64,000 bases of DNA from Nemertoderma westbladi. Taxonomy: Eukaryota > Animalia > Xenacoelomorpha. Of this stretch, positions 1 through 10,505 are shown piece after piece. Position 1 is the stretch's first letter. Each line of letters opens with the position of its first letter. Under the pieces are notes generated by a model. That model was given only the letters and a program-made list of their open reading frames with translations, made no database searches and was not told where the DNA came from. A program made the position numbers and the translations under genes. Location: positions 186,001 to 250,000 of the forward strand of contig JAUCBJ010007289.1 of the NCBI GenBank assembly GCA_032718475.1. Reading direction: 5' to 3'.

Positions 1-1
1 G

Positions 2-1360
2 AGGGAAGAGGAGGCCAGGACACAGAGTTATGGCTTCGAGGAACAGGCGGGTCTAGACGAACTTCATTGGACTTCGTCAGGGAGTTCGGGGGAGTCTCTA
101 GGGCGAGAATTGGGATGGACGGTGGGATCGCCGAAACAGTCGACGTCGGGGTTGCAAACGATGCCCATACCAGCGGGCGCCGAGGGCGACCAACCGCCAA
201 GGAAGCTAAGGGAGCTAGAGGGATGGAGAGCTACGGGCGAAAGCCAAGGCGGGAAGGGACATAGTGGATCCATCGGGATACCGGGGTTGGAGACACTACC
301 AGAAGAGGAAGACGACGACGACGAGTTCGGAGAGATGCCGCCCATCGAGAGGATAGGCCACTCGGACACGGACTGGGTTGGCGGAAGGGTGGTGACGGCC
401 AGTGGGGCGAGGGCCTTCTGGAACAGATCCGGCAAGCGGACCTGGGTGCACGAGGGGCCGGCGATGGATTTCGCGGGGAGCACCATCAGGTTGGGCGAGC
501 AACCGGGGACGGCACCACGGATAGTATTCGGGGAGACGATGCCCGAGAGGGGCGGAGAGATAGACGTAAACAGGGAGAGCAACGTAGAGAAGTTCGCCTA
601 CCAGCGACTCCATAGACCGCGGAGATCGCTTGGGACGAAGGACGAGGTGGGACGCGAGACATTGGTACTCGGCTGCGACTACTGTGGGAGACAGACCCAT
701 CAGGAAAGCAGCTGCCTATACCGGTTCCAACGGGGAACCTTTTGTCTCTATTGTAGAGAACCAAGTCACAGGATGGGGGCGTGTCCACGGTTGCATAACC
801 GATGTCCAAAGTGCCACTTTCGGGGACACTACGGACGCGAGTGCGACTGGATGAGCGACGAGGAGAAGTTCACGAGGTTCGAGGAGTGGGCCGACGTCGG
901 GGCCATGACGCGCCAGCGCATGAAGGCCCAAGAGTTCAAGTGGGGTTTCTTCCTCATAAACCAGGAGACCCACATGGAAATCATAAAGCGAAGGTTACCG
1001 TTTACCTATCAAGAGGTAGCTACGGCGGCATCGTTCGCCGGAGTTATGAACACGCAACGGTACCTGGACAGGTGGACACCAGAGAACCGGAGGGAGTTTA
1101 GGGATTTCTTGGCGGAACACGTACCAAAGGCAATGAAGATGATCCTATGGGACGCCACACGAGGGAAACAACCAGGCCATTCTGAGGGGCCACCGGCGAA
1201 GCGGTATCGGGCTTTAATAACACCAGCGCCCAAGGAGCCGACGACCGGGATCAGCAAGGAAGTGGCAGCGAAGGTCCGGAAGCAGAAAGCGGATGATGCC
1301 AGAGGAGCGGTGATAACCAAGAAACGGGCCAGGGAGGAGGACGTGAGGAGGTACAGATGA
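2..1360 (+). CDS. Family A accessory ORF (triple CCHC zinc knuckle plus conserved downstream domain), 5'-partial
   Basis: Frame is open from the window edge (REEEARTQSYG...). Contains CDYCGRQTHQESSC, CLYCREPSHRMGAC and CPKCHFRGHYGREC, then FEEWADVGAMTRQR...WGFF. Confidence 0.8.
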   Translation, partial: REEEARTQSYGFEEQAGLDELHWTSSGSSGESLGRELGWTVGSPKQSTSGLQTMPIPAGAEGDQPPRKLRELEGWRATGESQGGKGHSGSIGIPGLETLPEEEDDDDEFGEMPPIERIGHSDTDWVGGRVVTASGARAFWNRSGKRTWVHEGPAMDFAGSTIRLGEQPGTAPRIVFGETMPERGGEIDVNRESNVEKFAYQRLHRPRRSLGTKDEVGRETLVLGCDYCGRQTHQESSCLYRFQRGTFCLYCREPSHRMGACPRLHNRCPKCHFRGHYGRECDWMSDEEKFTRFEEWADVGAMTRQRMKAQEFKWGFFLINQETHMEIIKRRLPFTYQEVATAASFAGVMNTQRYLDRWTPENRREFRDFLAEHVPKAMKMILWDATRGKQPGHSEGPPAKRYRALITPAPKEPTTGISKEVAAKVRKQKADDARGAVITKKRAREEDVRRYR

Positions 1361-2060
1361 GTTCCCGGAGGCGAGGGAATGAGACTGAGACTGGGACGTG
1401 GTGCGCCTGGAAGGCGCCGCATGTAACGTACGAACTATTAAGTATAAATTTAATTAATGCAAATAACTATATAAGTGCAATTCGTATGTACGTACGTAGT
1501 GATTAGCAGTAAAATACATACGTTTGGAGTAAGTACTATAGTCATACAACCTTTCTCAATTAGCTACTGGGACTGGGGGACAATTGACTATGGCACTATG
1601 GACGAGACAACTGACAATTTCACACTTCTTGAGTGCGGCGGCACGAGAGGGGGGGGAGGTTCGTCAGGAGAGATAAAACAGTCAAAGTGGACTTGAGAAT
1701 CGGAATAAGAGTGTGAAGTGCGGAGAGAGTGCGAACGCAATTCTAGTGTGGGGGGGGGGGGAATGAGAGGCTGAGTAAGGGACGAGGAGGTCCGGGGGTA
1801 TGAGAGAGTTAGGGTGAGAGTGAAGGTGAGATAGGGCGAAAGTGTTGGGGAAACAAAAATCGCGTGAAGAGGTGAGCGCGATCGGCCCGACATGAGACGC
1901 CAGGCGTAAAGGGTAGCGTTATCATACCCAGAGGGAGCGGCCCGGAAAGCCGACTCCGAGAGAAAAGATTTCCACCCCACACCCGATGCTAGATCGGGAT
2001 CCAGCGGGATTGTAGCGCACTTTTTTGGTTGATGCTATCTTCTTACCGGGAAGATAGCAT

Positions 2061-2069
2061 GGGGGGGAG
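2061..2069 (+). promoter_or_regulatory. Polypurine tract of A1
   Basis: GGGGGGGAG immediately before the TGTTAG LTR start; same context at 51683-51692. Confidence 0.8.
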
Positions 2070-2606
2070 TGTTAGCTTATTCAATCCCGCCAACACCCCA
2101 TAAAGTTATTAGCCGATAAGCAATATTGGGAGCCACGAGATTGGGTAATTAACCAACTCGCGCCATCCCAATAAGAGTGGGAAGGAAGCACACAATAGAG
2201 GGTCAGGGGCCAAACCCCTAACCCAAGGAGAACAGGTGGAGTGAACGGGAATACTCCACGGGGCGCCAACAAGGGTATTAACCAATCAGAGGGGGGAATG
2301 GCATCGATTGAGTAGCAGTAAGGCCACCGTGCAATATAACCAATAACCTATTAATCAGTGATTCAGTTATCTCAGTGCAGCAGTGCTAGCGTAGGGTACA
2401 GCCAATTAGTTTAGTTAGGGGATCACGGGACTTTAGTTACCGTATCCCGCCTTGTACACATTCACAATATATCTATATCTTATAACCTCTTATTATACAC
2501 CGAACTTCAGAACTCAATTATCTTTACTTCACCCTTACACACGGCGGGGACGCGTGGACTAAATACCACACCGGATAAATCGGGATCCCTCCTGGATCCC
2601 GTCACA
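2070..2606 (+). repeat. 3' LTR of A1 (diverged subfamily)
   Basis: TGTTAGC...GGATCCCGTCACA termini shared with the LTRs at 36273-36841 and 51693-52266. Confidence 0.85.
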
Positions 2607-2607
2607 C

Positions 2608-2823
2608 TGGGAGACGGGAGTTATCTTGCACATACACCCAAACGTGCAAAACATAGTGCGAACAGTCACTGTGAAAATTAGGTGCAAGTGTCCGCACCCA
2701 AAGAAGTGTAAAACTAATGGTTTACACACCTTGGACCGACCGGTCCAGGATATTGTGTTATTAGAAGAGACACGCATCGAGACAGGAGATTATAATTTGT
2801 CTCCTGCCTCAAATAAAAATTAG
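2608..2823 (+). CDS. C-terminus of BEL/Pao pol (post-integrase DUF5641-type domain), cut by the A1 insertion
   Basis: WETGVILHIHPNVQNIVRTVTVK...LDRPVQDIVLLE matches the W-x-x-G-x-V...VR-x-V-x-V...RP-x-x-x-L-x-LL pattern of BEL pol ends. Confidence 0.7.
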   Translation, partial: WETGVILHIHPNVQNIVRTVTVKIRCKCPHPKKCKTNGLHTLDRPVQDIVLLEETRIETGDYNLSPASNKN

Positions 2824-3459
2824 TGTTGGACGCAACTCACTTCGTATGCATTCCTCGTATGCAAATACTAGGAAATGCATAGGAGCGGGTTTGCGGTGAT
2901 TTGCGTTGAGTTTTGTCTGGTGGGTATCAAAACAAAATTTTATTTTCAAAATTTTTGGAAAATTCAAAATTTTAAAAATTTGAAGTGAACCCAAGACAAT
3001 TCCAGACGCTGTGTATAGACGCGTTTTGAATTCGTCTATAGATAAACAGTAATTTGAAAAGTCGTGAAGCCTGGAAAATAGCATTTAGAAACCATGGTGA
3101 CGGCTATATTACGTAGGAGTGTAAATTGAGTTTAGCAACTTCCACAGATTGGTGCCAACAGTACAACTAAGGTGCTAAAGGTTAGTAGCACCAGGGCGTA
3201 CACGGACCCCACTCAGTAGTTTGCAGTGAAGTGTGATGTTCGATTATCAAACCTGTGGGTTTGGTATAGTCGAGCATTGAGACTATGGTCCTTTCTAACT
3301 ACTGTAGTTTAGTACAAGTAATGGGAGTAGTTTGGGCATCAAAAAGTGAGTTGGTCACGGCCAGTTTACCTCCAAAGTTTTGCGCTATGCATGGGAATAG
3401 GTTAGAGGATAGTTAGGAATGAGAGGGATCTAGAGAGTCGAACCTGAACTGCTGGAAGG

Positions 3460-3487
3460 CGGGGGGGGGGGGGGGGGGGGGGGGGGG
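3460..3487 (+). repeat. Poly-G tract (about 28 nt)
   Basis: Seen directly; its length may be a sequencing artefact. Confidence 0.85.
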
Positions 3488-3590
3488 CTCAAGAGGTCTG
3501 TCCTTCGGCGACATCTAACTGATTTACCCACAGTGTAATTAGTTACGTAACGGAACTTATTGGGATATATATGTATATACGCGGCTCATA

Positions 3591-6500
3591 ATGGAGAAGG
3601 AAATTAGAGCGCAACCGCGGAGAGGATTTACTGCCAGAGAGGAGGCGGAGCTGCCATTTGCCCGACCGGGATGTAAAGATTCGAACGTTTACTACCATGG
3701 GAGGTCGGTAATGGAGCTAAATGGGAAATATAAACCCGCTTATGATAAAGAATTAAGGAGGGAAAGAATGAGAGCGTTGGGGGACCGTATGGAAGTTTTG
3801 CGGAAGGAGTATCGCACTCGGTATCCCTACGATTTCGCGTTAGACGTATGCGACATTAGTGCAGACCCGGACGAGGAGATTGCGCGGCTGTACCATATGA
3901 ACATGTATTTACGACACGAAGAGCCTCTACCTGCAGTCCGAGATCAGTTCGACGGAATGCATCTGTATCGGAGGACTCGAGGCGAGGATCAAGAGACGTC
4001 GAAGGTCTTCAGTGTATACAAGTTGTTCTACAAATGTGGTGAATGCATGAACAAACAAGACGTGGCGATTCCCGACCGACTGGACGAGCAACATCCTGAA
4101 CCGATATTAACGCGATGCCAAGCTCACCAGTTCCTTAGATATAACGAGGGAGGTTACCCAATGAGCAACCCGATGATCAGTATCGACTTCAGCGGAAAGC
4201 GACCTCCAAGACCCATTACGCCGACCGTTACGACTTTAGATCCGTATACGGAGATTAAACCCTGTTCGACACCTAGTTTGATAGAGACAGCAGCGGCCAT
4301 TTCGCTGTACCGAGCCTACAAGGACCTAGAGGCGCGGCGCGAAGCGGCACGGGACTCGGGTACCAAACCCGCGGGTTTGGAGCTCTCGAGTCCCTGGACT
4401 ACGTTTACTTCGCCCCACCGAGCGAAAGCTCTCACGCCTGAGCATCAGGACGACATAGACGCGTTGCGGCAGGAGGAGCGAGCGGCGAAGGCGAAACAAT
4501 TATTCGAAGCGCGGATAGCGGAATATAATAAGACCGCGGATAGACATCAAGAGGAGACGAGGAGAGTGACCGGATTTGTTCCACAGGCCGTATCTCAACC
4601 CCGACCGGTGTATTATTCCGACGGCAACGAACCTGCGATATTGGTAGATCACCCGGAGTCGCGAGAAGCGATTAGATTCTTGCCGATGGTGAGGATGTCG
4701 GATCATTGGAACGTCGACTGTCTACGGGAAGTTTTATGCGCGAAGTTCTTGCGTGATGTCCCGATGCAGATCACAGACTACGACACATTGGATAAGATTG
4801 GAGCTCCGGGAAAAGAGAGTAAGTTATTTGGATGGTTAGACAAGTACATCAAGGTATGGGTCGCGGTGGCTACATTCCCAGATGACGAGGAGGTAGACCA
4901 GGCATGGCTGAGGAGAAAGGGATCTTACACCCGATATGACGACCACAAGGCTATCGAGCGCATGTGGACCCCATCCGACGAGATTCAGCGTCAGTGGAGG
5001 AAAACGGAGGAATCACTGCAGGATTGGAGAGTGATGTTCTACGACAATGAAGGAGGGTCTCATCAGGAATGCTTGACTAGTAAGTGCATTCAAATTCGCG
5101 CGGCCGATGGTGTGACTCATGTGTTTATGCGCGTAAGAGCGGATAGAGAGAGACCGGAGCCCATAATCACGACACAATATCGGAAAGGGAAGGATCCTAG
5201 GGAACAGATTTTGGAGGTATGCAGGCGAGGAGGTATGCACGGAGCGGAGCGTATCGACGCCAGGATGCTACCCAAGAAGGTTAGAGAGGCGATTCTTAGC
5301 CAAGATTATGTCAAGGTGGGATCGGGAGTCCAGAGCGATTTGGAAAGTGACTTCAACGCCATGACTGATTTAGAAGATAGATTGCCGAGACCGTTTGTCG
5401 ACACCAAGCTATTGTTGCTATGGGCACAAGACATGGGAATTTATAGGGAGTATCCCAACTCTGCCAAGACTGGTATGGGCTTCATAGCACATTTATTGTA
5501 TAATTGGGACTTCAAGTTGAAGACGCAGAAGAAATACGAGGAGGCGTATGGTGAATATAACACGCCACCGGGAGCGGAGTTCAAATCCCACTTCAAGCGG
5601 CAAGCGTTAGTGTATTGGAACATATGCGCGCCACCCCGTGCGTCACTACAATATTATTTGGTGCTTGAGTCGAACACGGTAACTTGTTTATTAGCGGATA
5701 TCGTTGCGCGAGTTTTGAAGCATCATCCATTGGTGTTCGGAGGAGATCAATACGTTCGCTCGAAAGGGGGAATCCAATCCGACGTGATGAAGCGTTTCTT
5801 AACCCCGTTCTTCAACCAATCGCTAGAGAATACGTCGATGGTTAGGAGAGGATTAGCAATATTCGAAGGGATATATCGACAGAATATCGGAGATTTGGGA
5901 GACCGACCGTCGATGGAGTATCCGACGCCAGAAGCTTTGGAGAAGTGGTTCGGGAATCAAACCCGCGGGTTTGGTACTCCCTTCCACTCGGAGGCTGATA
6001 GACCTGTTAGAGAGGGTTGGCCGGAGACGTTAGTAGAGGTGTTTGGAGTAGATCTTCCGGTGGAGAAGACATATCCGAAACGAACGCGGGAGGAAATATT
6101 GGAGATAGAGGACAAGGGCGAGGATGTTTACTTCGTTCCGGATCGACAACCTTTAACCGGAGAGGACGACATCGTATTAGACATTGGGAAAGAAGGAAGT
6201 GCGAAACCGATTGGAGACCTCATATACGAGAGGGCCTGGTTTCCACAAGCGCGTAGGTGCAAGTTGTGCGGCAGCACAAGGCACAATCAAAAATCGTGCG
6301 ACGCGGTAGTGGAGGCGGCGCATAAGGTCTGCCGTTGGTGCAACGAGACCGACCATTCGTTTCATACGTGCACCGTTTTCATTTCTCAATGTGGATATTG
6401 TGGAGTAAAGGGACATCATAGCGCGAGATGCCAACTGCGAGACGATTCCTTCCAAAACCATAGCGCTAACCTACTTCGGGAGATGCTAGATAAGTGGGAG

Positions 6501-7229
6501 AGTGTGGCCGACTACCACATCCAAGCGCAGATGCGTTGGTTACCATTTAAGGCGGGATATGGATTTTGGGCGGTAGACCCATCACATGTTGCGTACGAGC
6601 CATATCTGCAGTCGTTACCACAATATCAGGAGCTCATCCTAACTGCTCAAGACCTTCCACAGAACACTGGAGTCATAGTTGTTCGGGAATACTTCAGACA
6701 ACTGAATATGGATAATAAGTACACTTGGAACTTTGTTGCTATTTGCGACCGTATTACGAAGGGTTTGTTTTCAGAAACTAGGAAAGTGGTGCGCGCGCGA
6801 GGAGATTGGAGGATGGCGGCTATTCAATACCGCAACGAATTCCTATTGACTCACGTACCAGTGGGGTCGTTGACCGCTCAAAGAATCGAAGAACAGCGAA
6901 CCGCAGCGCCCACAGTGACGACCGTTGGAGCTCAAGGCTCACGGAAGGAACCAGGAGGAGAGGTCCAAGACAAGCGTCAAGTCAAGGACGATCACTACCA
7001 TTCTATTATAGAGGCTCAGCGATTGCAGCACAAGGCGCAGGGTGCGTCGGAGAAGGCGCGTGTGCAATTGCAAAAGGAAGAGTTGGCGGAAGCGACCACA
7101 GGAGCACGACAATTGGGACGAGGCCGAGGGAGAAGCACGAGCCGGGAATCTGTCGGGGCTCAGGGAACATCGTCGCCGGTTCCGGGGAGTGACGCCTCGC
7201 GGACGACCTCAACAGAATCGACTGGATGA
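3591..7229 (+). CDS. Intact 1212-aa accessory protein of BEL family C; unknown N-terminal and central domains, C-terminal triple CCHC
   Basis: Long uninterrupted ORF between pol end and PPT. Contains CKLCGSTRHNQKSC, CRWCNETDHSFHTC, CGYCGVKGHHSARC, then KWESVADYH...R...GYGFW. Homologous blocks at 21784-22371 and 46582-47931. Confidence 0.9.
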   Translation: MEKEIRAQPRRGFTAREEAELPFARPGCKDSNVYYHGRSVMELNGKYKPAYDKELRRERMRALGDRMEVLRKEYRTRYPYDFALDVCDISADPDEEIARLYHMNMYLRHEEPLPAVRDQFDGMHLYRRTRGEDQETSKVFSVYKLFYKCGECMNKQDVAIPDRLDEQHPEPILTRCQAHQFLRYNEGGYPMSNPMISIDFSGKRPPRPITPTVTTLDPYTEIKPCSTPSLIETAAAISLYRAYKDLEARREAARDSGTKPAGLELSSPWTTFTSPHRAKALTPEHQDDIDALRQEERAAKAKQLFEARIAEYNKTADRHQEETRRVTGFVPQAVSQPRPVYYSDGNEPAILVDHPESREAIRFLPMVRMSDHWNVDCLREVLCAKFLRDVPMQITDYDTLDKIGAPGKESKLFGWLDKYIKVWVAVATFPDDEEVDQAWLRRKGSYTRYDDHKAIERMWTPSDEIQRQWRKTEESLQDWRVMFYDNEGGSHQECLTSKCIQIRAADGVTHVFMRVRADRERPEPIITTQYRKGKDPREQILEVCRRGGMHGAERIDARMLPKKVREAILSQDYVKVGSGVQSDLESDFNAMTDLEDRLPRPFVDTKLLLLWAQDMGIYREYPNSAKTGMGFIAHLLYNWDFKLKTQKKYEEAYGEYNTPPGAEFKSHFKRQALVYWNICAPPRASLQYYLVLESNTVTCLLADIVARVLKHHPLVFGGDQYVRSKGGIQSDVMKRFLTPFFNQSLENTSMVRRGLAIFEGIYRQNIGDLGDRPSMEYPTPEALEKWFGNQTRGFGTPFHSEADRPVREGWPETLVEVFGVDLPVEKTYPKRTREEILEIEDKGEDVYFVPDRQPLTGEDDIVLDIGKEGSAKPIGDLIYERAWFPQARRCKLCGSTRHNQKSCDAVVEAAHKVCRWCNETDHSFHTCTVFISQCGYCGVKGHHSARCQLRDDSFQNHSANLLREMLDKWESVADYHIQAQMRWLPFKAGYGFWAVDPSHVAYEPYLQSLPQYQELILTAQDLPQNTGVIVVREYFRQLNMDNKYTWNFVAICDRITKGLFSETRKVVRARGDWRMAAIQYRNEFLLTHVPVGSLTAQRIEEQRTAAPTVTTVGAQGSRKEPGGEVQDKRQVKDDHYHSIIEAQRLQHKAQGASEKARVQLQKEELAEATTGARQLGRGRGRSTSRESVGAQGTSSPVPGSDASRTTSTESTG

Positions 7230-7426
7230 CGATTGGTGTATCTGGGAAGGGGGCGAAAGAGAGGAGCGAGCCCGAAGAACCCAGGAGCGGGTCAGTAATG
7301 CATCGTATCACGGGGCGACAGACTCTAGATATATACATCATCGTCGCTCTGATATATATCGTAGCATTTTGTAAACATCCGACTTGACTCATATACACTA
7401 GTCGCACTGATTTGAATTTATATTAT

Positions 7427-7443
7427 GAGAGAGGCGAAGGAGG
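7427..7443 (+). promoter_or_regulatory. Polypurine tract of C1
   Basis: GAGAGAGGCGAAGGAGG followed by TG, about 200 nt after the ORF stop, the same arrangement as in families A and B. Confidence 0.6.
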
Positions 7444-9969
7444 TGATTGGGGAGACAAACCTGCGGGTTTGGCTTACTCCTTTCACCTGCCCTAGCAAAA
7501 TTTTATAATTTGAAAGATAATATTTTGTAAATTTAATTTGTATGTAGTAATCATTATGTAGAACGAATGAGAAACAGTATTTTGTAAATTTAATTTGTAT
7601 GTAATAATCGTTAACATTGAGAGAGAGATAATATTTTGTAAATTGAATTTGTATGCAATTCATTATGCAATTATGCAATTATGCAATGAATTATTATAGT
7701 ACCAAGATATTTAGATTATTTGAAAGAGATTTATTTTGTTTTGTATACATCGCCTTACACTCTTCTACAATTGGAGGGAAACATTACATGATTTCCCTTG
7801 GAGCGGTGTTACGGTATATGGCGCTGTACCTACATTATGTAATATATTAGCCCATCATACAGTATAATATATTAGTCCATTATATAGTATCATATATTAG
7901 TCCGTGATGCAGTATAATTATTTAGATAAGGCATAACGCGCAATGATATTTAGATAAGGAAATTGAAATGCCCATATATTTTGAACTCATCCATTTTGTA
8001 TAGTATGTAGCCCTACCTATGTAATTTTGTAATAGGATATAAGTAGATAGTTCCAGGGTAGCAAGTTCTTGTTGGACCCTGGATATGGGCTTGCTGTTAT
8101 TAGCCTTGATGGGGCTAGCTACTGGTTTTAATTTTCTCTATAATTGCGCTAAATTAATATTTGTGCATGATATTATTAGTACCGCCAAATTAAGCATCGG
8201 GAAAATTACCTTTTATGGTGACAATTTGCGATTCCAGGGAGCAATAGGTTCACAATCCGGCTCTCTTATTGGCCTAACTGCTTCCAGGTTGGTTTAATGA
8301 TAGCTCGGATTGGGGAGCCAATGAGAGATCGATTGCATCACCCTTCTCAAATCACCTATAAATTGGCGTTTTGCCGGTGTGTCTGTACCCCACACTCCAC
8401 ACATGTACATGTCACCTTCACCTTCACCTTATCACTGTTCAACTATTATTCGATGCTTAGTTTTTCTGTGTAAATTACTGCCCTTTTGATTTTCTTGCAA
8501 TGATTCGCTAATTTGCAATTTCTGTTGATTCTTGTTTGTGTTTCTCAATCAATCCCAACGATTACTGTTAATTACAAATTGGAACTATGATTTCTACCCT
8601 TTAGTAAATGGTTCTATGTGATTCCTTTCGACAATAATCCTACGGGATTTCTTAGACTGTCAGACTTTGTGATTTGCATGTGCCGCTACGGTAGCTATTC
8701 ATTCTGATGGAGGGCTAGGGTACCGGTAAGCGCAACAGGCGCATTGGGGGGTTAGCGACGAAGGGAGTGCGGAGGATTCAAAGACGAGCAACATTGATGG
8801 GAGTACTATTGCGGATGCAAGTTTGCAGCGTAGAGTGGGTCAGGTACGCCGGCGCAGTAATTAGGGGCTGATGATCCAGATTTTGTCTCTATTTTGTAGT
8901 ATTAGGGGGACAGGAATTGGGTTAGTTAGGAAGCTCTAGATGTAGCCGGGAGAGATCTGCGTGCTTTACGTTGCGAGTTGTGAATTACTATCTGACTGTT
9001 GATTGTGAATTGTGCGTTAAGAACTAAAATTGGTAAGTATAAACTATAGATTGTTACTCTGATTGGTGTGTTACTAAAGTGTGCCTAATAAATCACGAAT
9101 GCTTGGATAGGCGCTCATTTCCCTTTGATTGATTTCTATTTCTTAGTTTACTGTAATTAATTACTGATTAGGTCGAAAATAATACGGTATTTTAGGCTGT
9201 TGCTAGTGTGACCTGTTGTGTAATAATTTAGAATTACGCACTCTGGAATACTTAGTAATTAGTAAGCCGTTACATATTTGTGACTGTAATTATTTAGTAA
9301 AATTAAGAATTTGTACGCAGCATAGCGGAGGGTAGTTAAGGTAATAAATTTAGAGTACCGTACACTATTCACACTGGGCGGTTATTTGAATTAGCGGACA
9401 AAATTCACATCGTAGTATACAGTATATAGCGCGCATCAGTAAATTGCTGGTCTAAAGCCAGTCGCAGATAAGTTTGAGTCCCAAAATAAACGCTGCATCG
9501 ATTTTTGAATATTTTAAATATTCTCACATTCACACATTTTGTTAGGGAACCCCAGTATTGCGATTAGATGCGATTAGATTAGATTAGAAAGGACGTAGTT
9601 GTAAACGCATTTTACAGTAAAATTAGGCCATAGGAATACACTCTGAGTGTCAAATCTCTCACACTCGTCTTAAGTCAGCTTAGGGAGCCGATTCGGGTTT
9701 ATTGTATTGGTTATTCCCGCGTGGCTCATATATTCGAACAGTTAGCTCTCTATCGAGTAATCGGTAGAGAAAGGAACGAGAAATTAGCAGGAGCCGTAGA
9801 AAATTAGGAAATATATTAGCGGACGGCAGGTTAGCGCCATCCAACAGTGAGTAGCGGTTTTGTATTTAGCAGCCCTACATTAGCAATTATACGCTCCTGA
9901 TTGCCCCGTCTAGTAAATAGAGCAGTTTTGCGTCTTTATTGGTTAGGCCGGGGTAGTTTGTTCGTAACA
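7444..9969 (+). repeat. Putative long (about 2.5 kb) 3' LTR of C1
   Basis: TG..CA ends. About 9305-9830 is homologous to the reverse complement of 35930-36272 joined to 52272-52394, so the sequence is interspersed. No paired 5' LTR in the window. Confidence 0.55.
7515..7660 (+). repeat. About 58-bp tandem repeat, three units, inside the C LTR
   Basis: TATTTTGTAAATT(T/G)AATTTGTATG recurs at about 7521, 7578 and 7632. Confidence 0.8.
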
Positions 9970-10010
9970 ATCTAGCCTATATATATGAACGTAAAAACTC
10001 ATTAACTTAC

Positions 10011-10136
10011 CACCACATGTAACACCATCTCCAGTGTACTCATCATCACAGACACAAGTAAAGCTTCCGATGATATTCGTACAAGTAGCGCGATCGGAAT
10101 CACAGTTGTCGGTATTCAATGCACACTCATCTACAT
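10011..10136 (-). CDS. Host exon encoding one calcium-binding EGF-like domain (fibrillin/nidogen/uromodulin-type repeat)
   Basis: ttcacAG|AT GTA GAT GAG TGT...TGT GGT G|GTAAGT. 126 nt, phase 1-1, translating to (D)VDECALNTDNCDSDRATCTNIIGSFTCVCDDEYTGDGVTCG with six Cys and the cbEGF consensus. Confidence 0.92.
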
Positions 10137-10143
10137 CTGTGAA

Positions 10144-10345
10144 GGTATAATGTGTTAGTAGGTCAGATTAGGTACATACCAAAACATAAAACAAGGAGAA
10201 AACAAAATGGTGTGTTAGTAGGTCAGATTAGGTACATACCAAAACATAAAACAAGGAGAATACAAAATGGTATAATGTGTTAGTAGGTCAGATTAGGTAC
10301 ATACCAAAACATAAAACAAGGAGAAATCAAAATGGTATAATGTGT
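10144..10345. repeat. About 60-65-bp tandem repeat, three units, intronic
   Basis: GTGTTAGTAGGTCAGATTAGGTACATACCAAAACATAAAACAAGGAGAA repeated three times. Confidence 0.95.
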
Positions 10346-10505
10346 TTTCCTTATAATAATAATTATAATATAATTTGATCTTTTATTGACTAAAACTGAT
10401 GAAATATTAAAATTGCACCAGGCAGTAAATGAATGCACATAAACTGATGATAATTAAGTCAACAAGCGTCGGTGTGCAGGTACAACTAGGTTATAACTAG
10501 GTCAT

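Larger units (their letters stand above)
1..2606 (+). mobile_element. BEL/Pao family A, copy A1 (3' part: accessory ORF, 3' UTR, 3' LTR); 5' part lies outside the window
   Basis: Colinear with 49617-52266 of element A2, which carries BEL gag/PR/RT. Ends in PPT plus TG..CA LTR and abuts the pol C-terminus of a family C element. Confidence 0.85.
2607..9969 (+). mobile_element. BEL/Pao family C, copy C1 (pol C-terminus, spacer, 1212-aa accessory ORF, PPT, long 3' LTR)
   Basis: Pol-terminal motif, large ORF homologous to the family A/B accessory genes, then a purine tract followed by TG. The end at GTAACA 9969 is inferred from the nearby host exon. Confidence 0.7.

Noticed and set aside
6255-6435. 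Calling the knuckle array nanos, AIR1 or CNBP (captured host gene)
   Set aside because: Only generic CCHC similarity. Nanos spacing differs, and the flanking domains are shared only with other BEL copies in this window.
3591-7229. Calling the large ORF env or a second gag
   Set aside because: No visible signal peptide or TM helix and no DUF1759-like core; BEL gag lies upstream of pol and has different Cys/His spacing.
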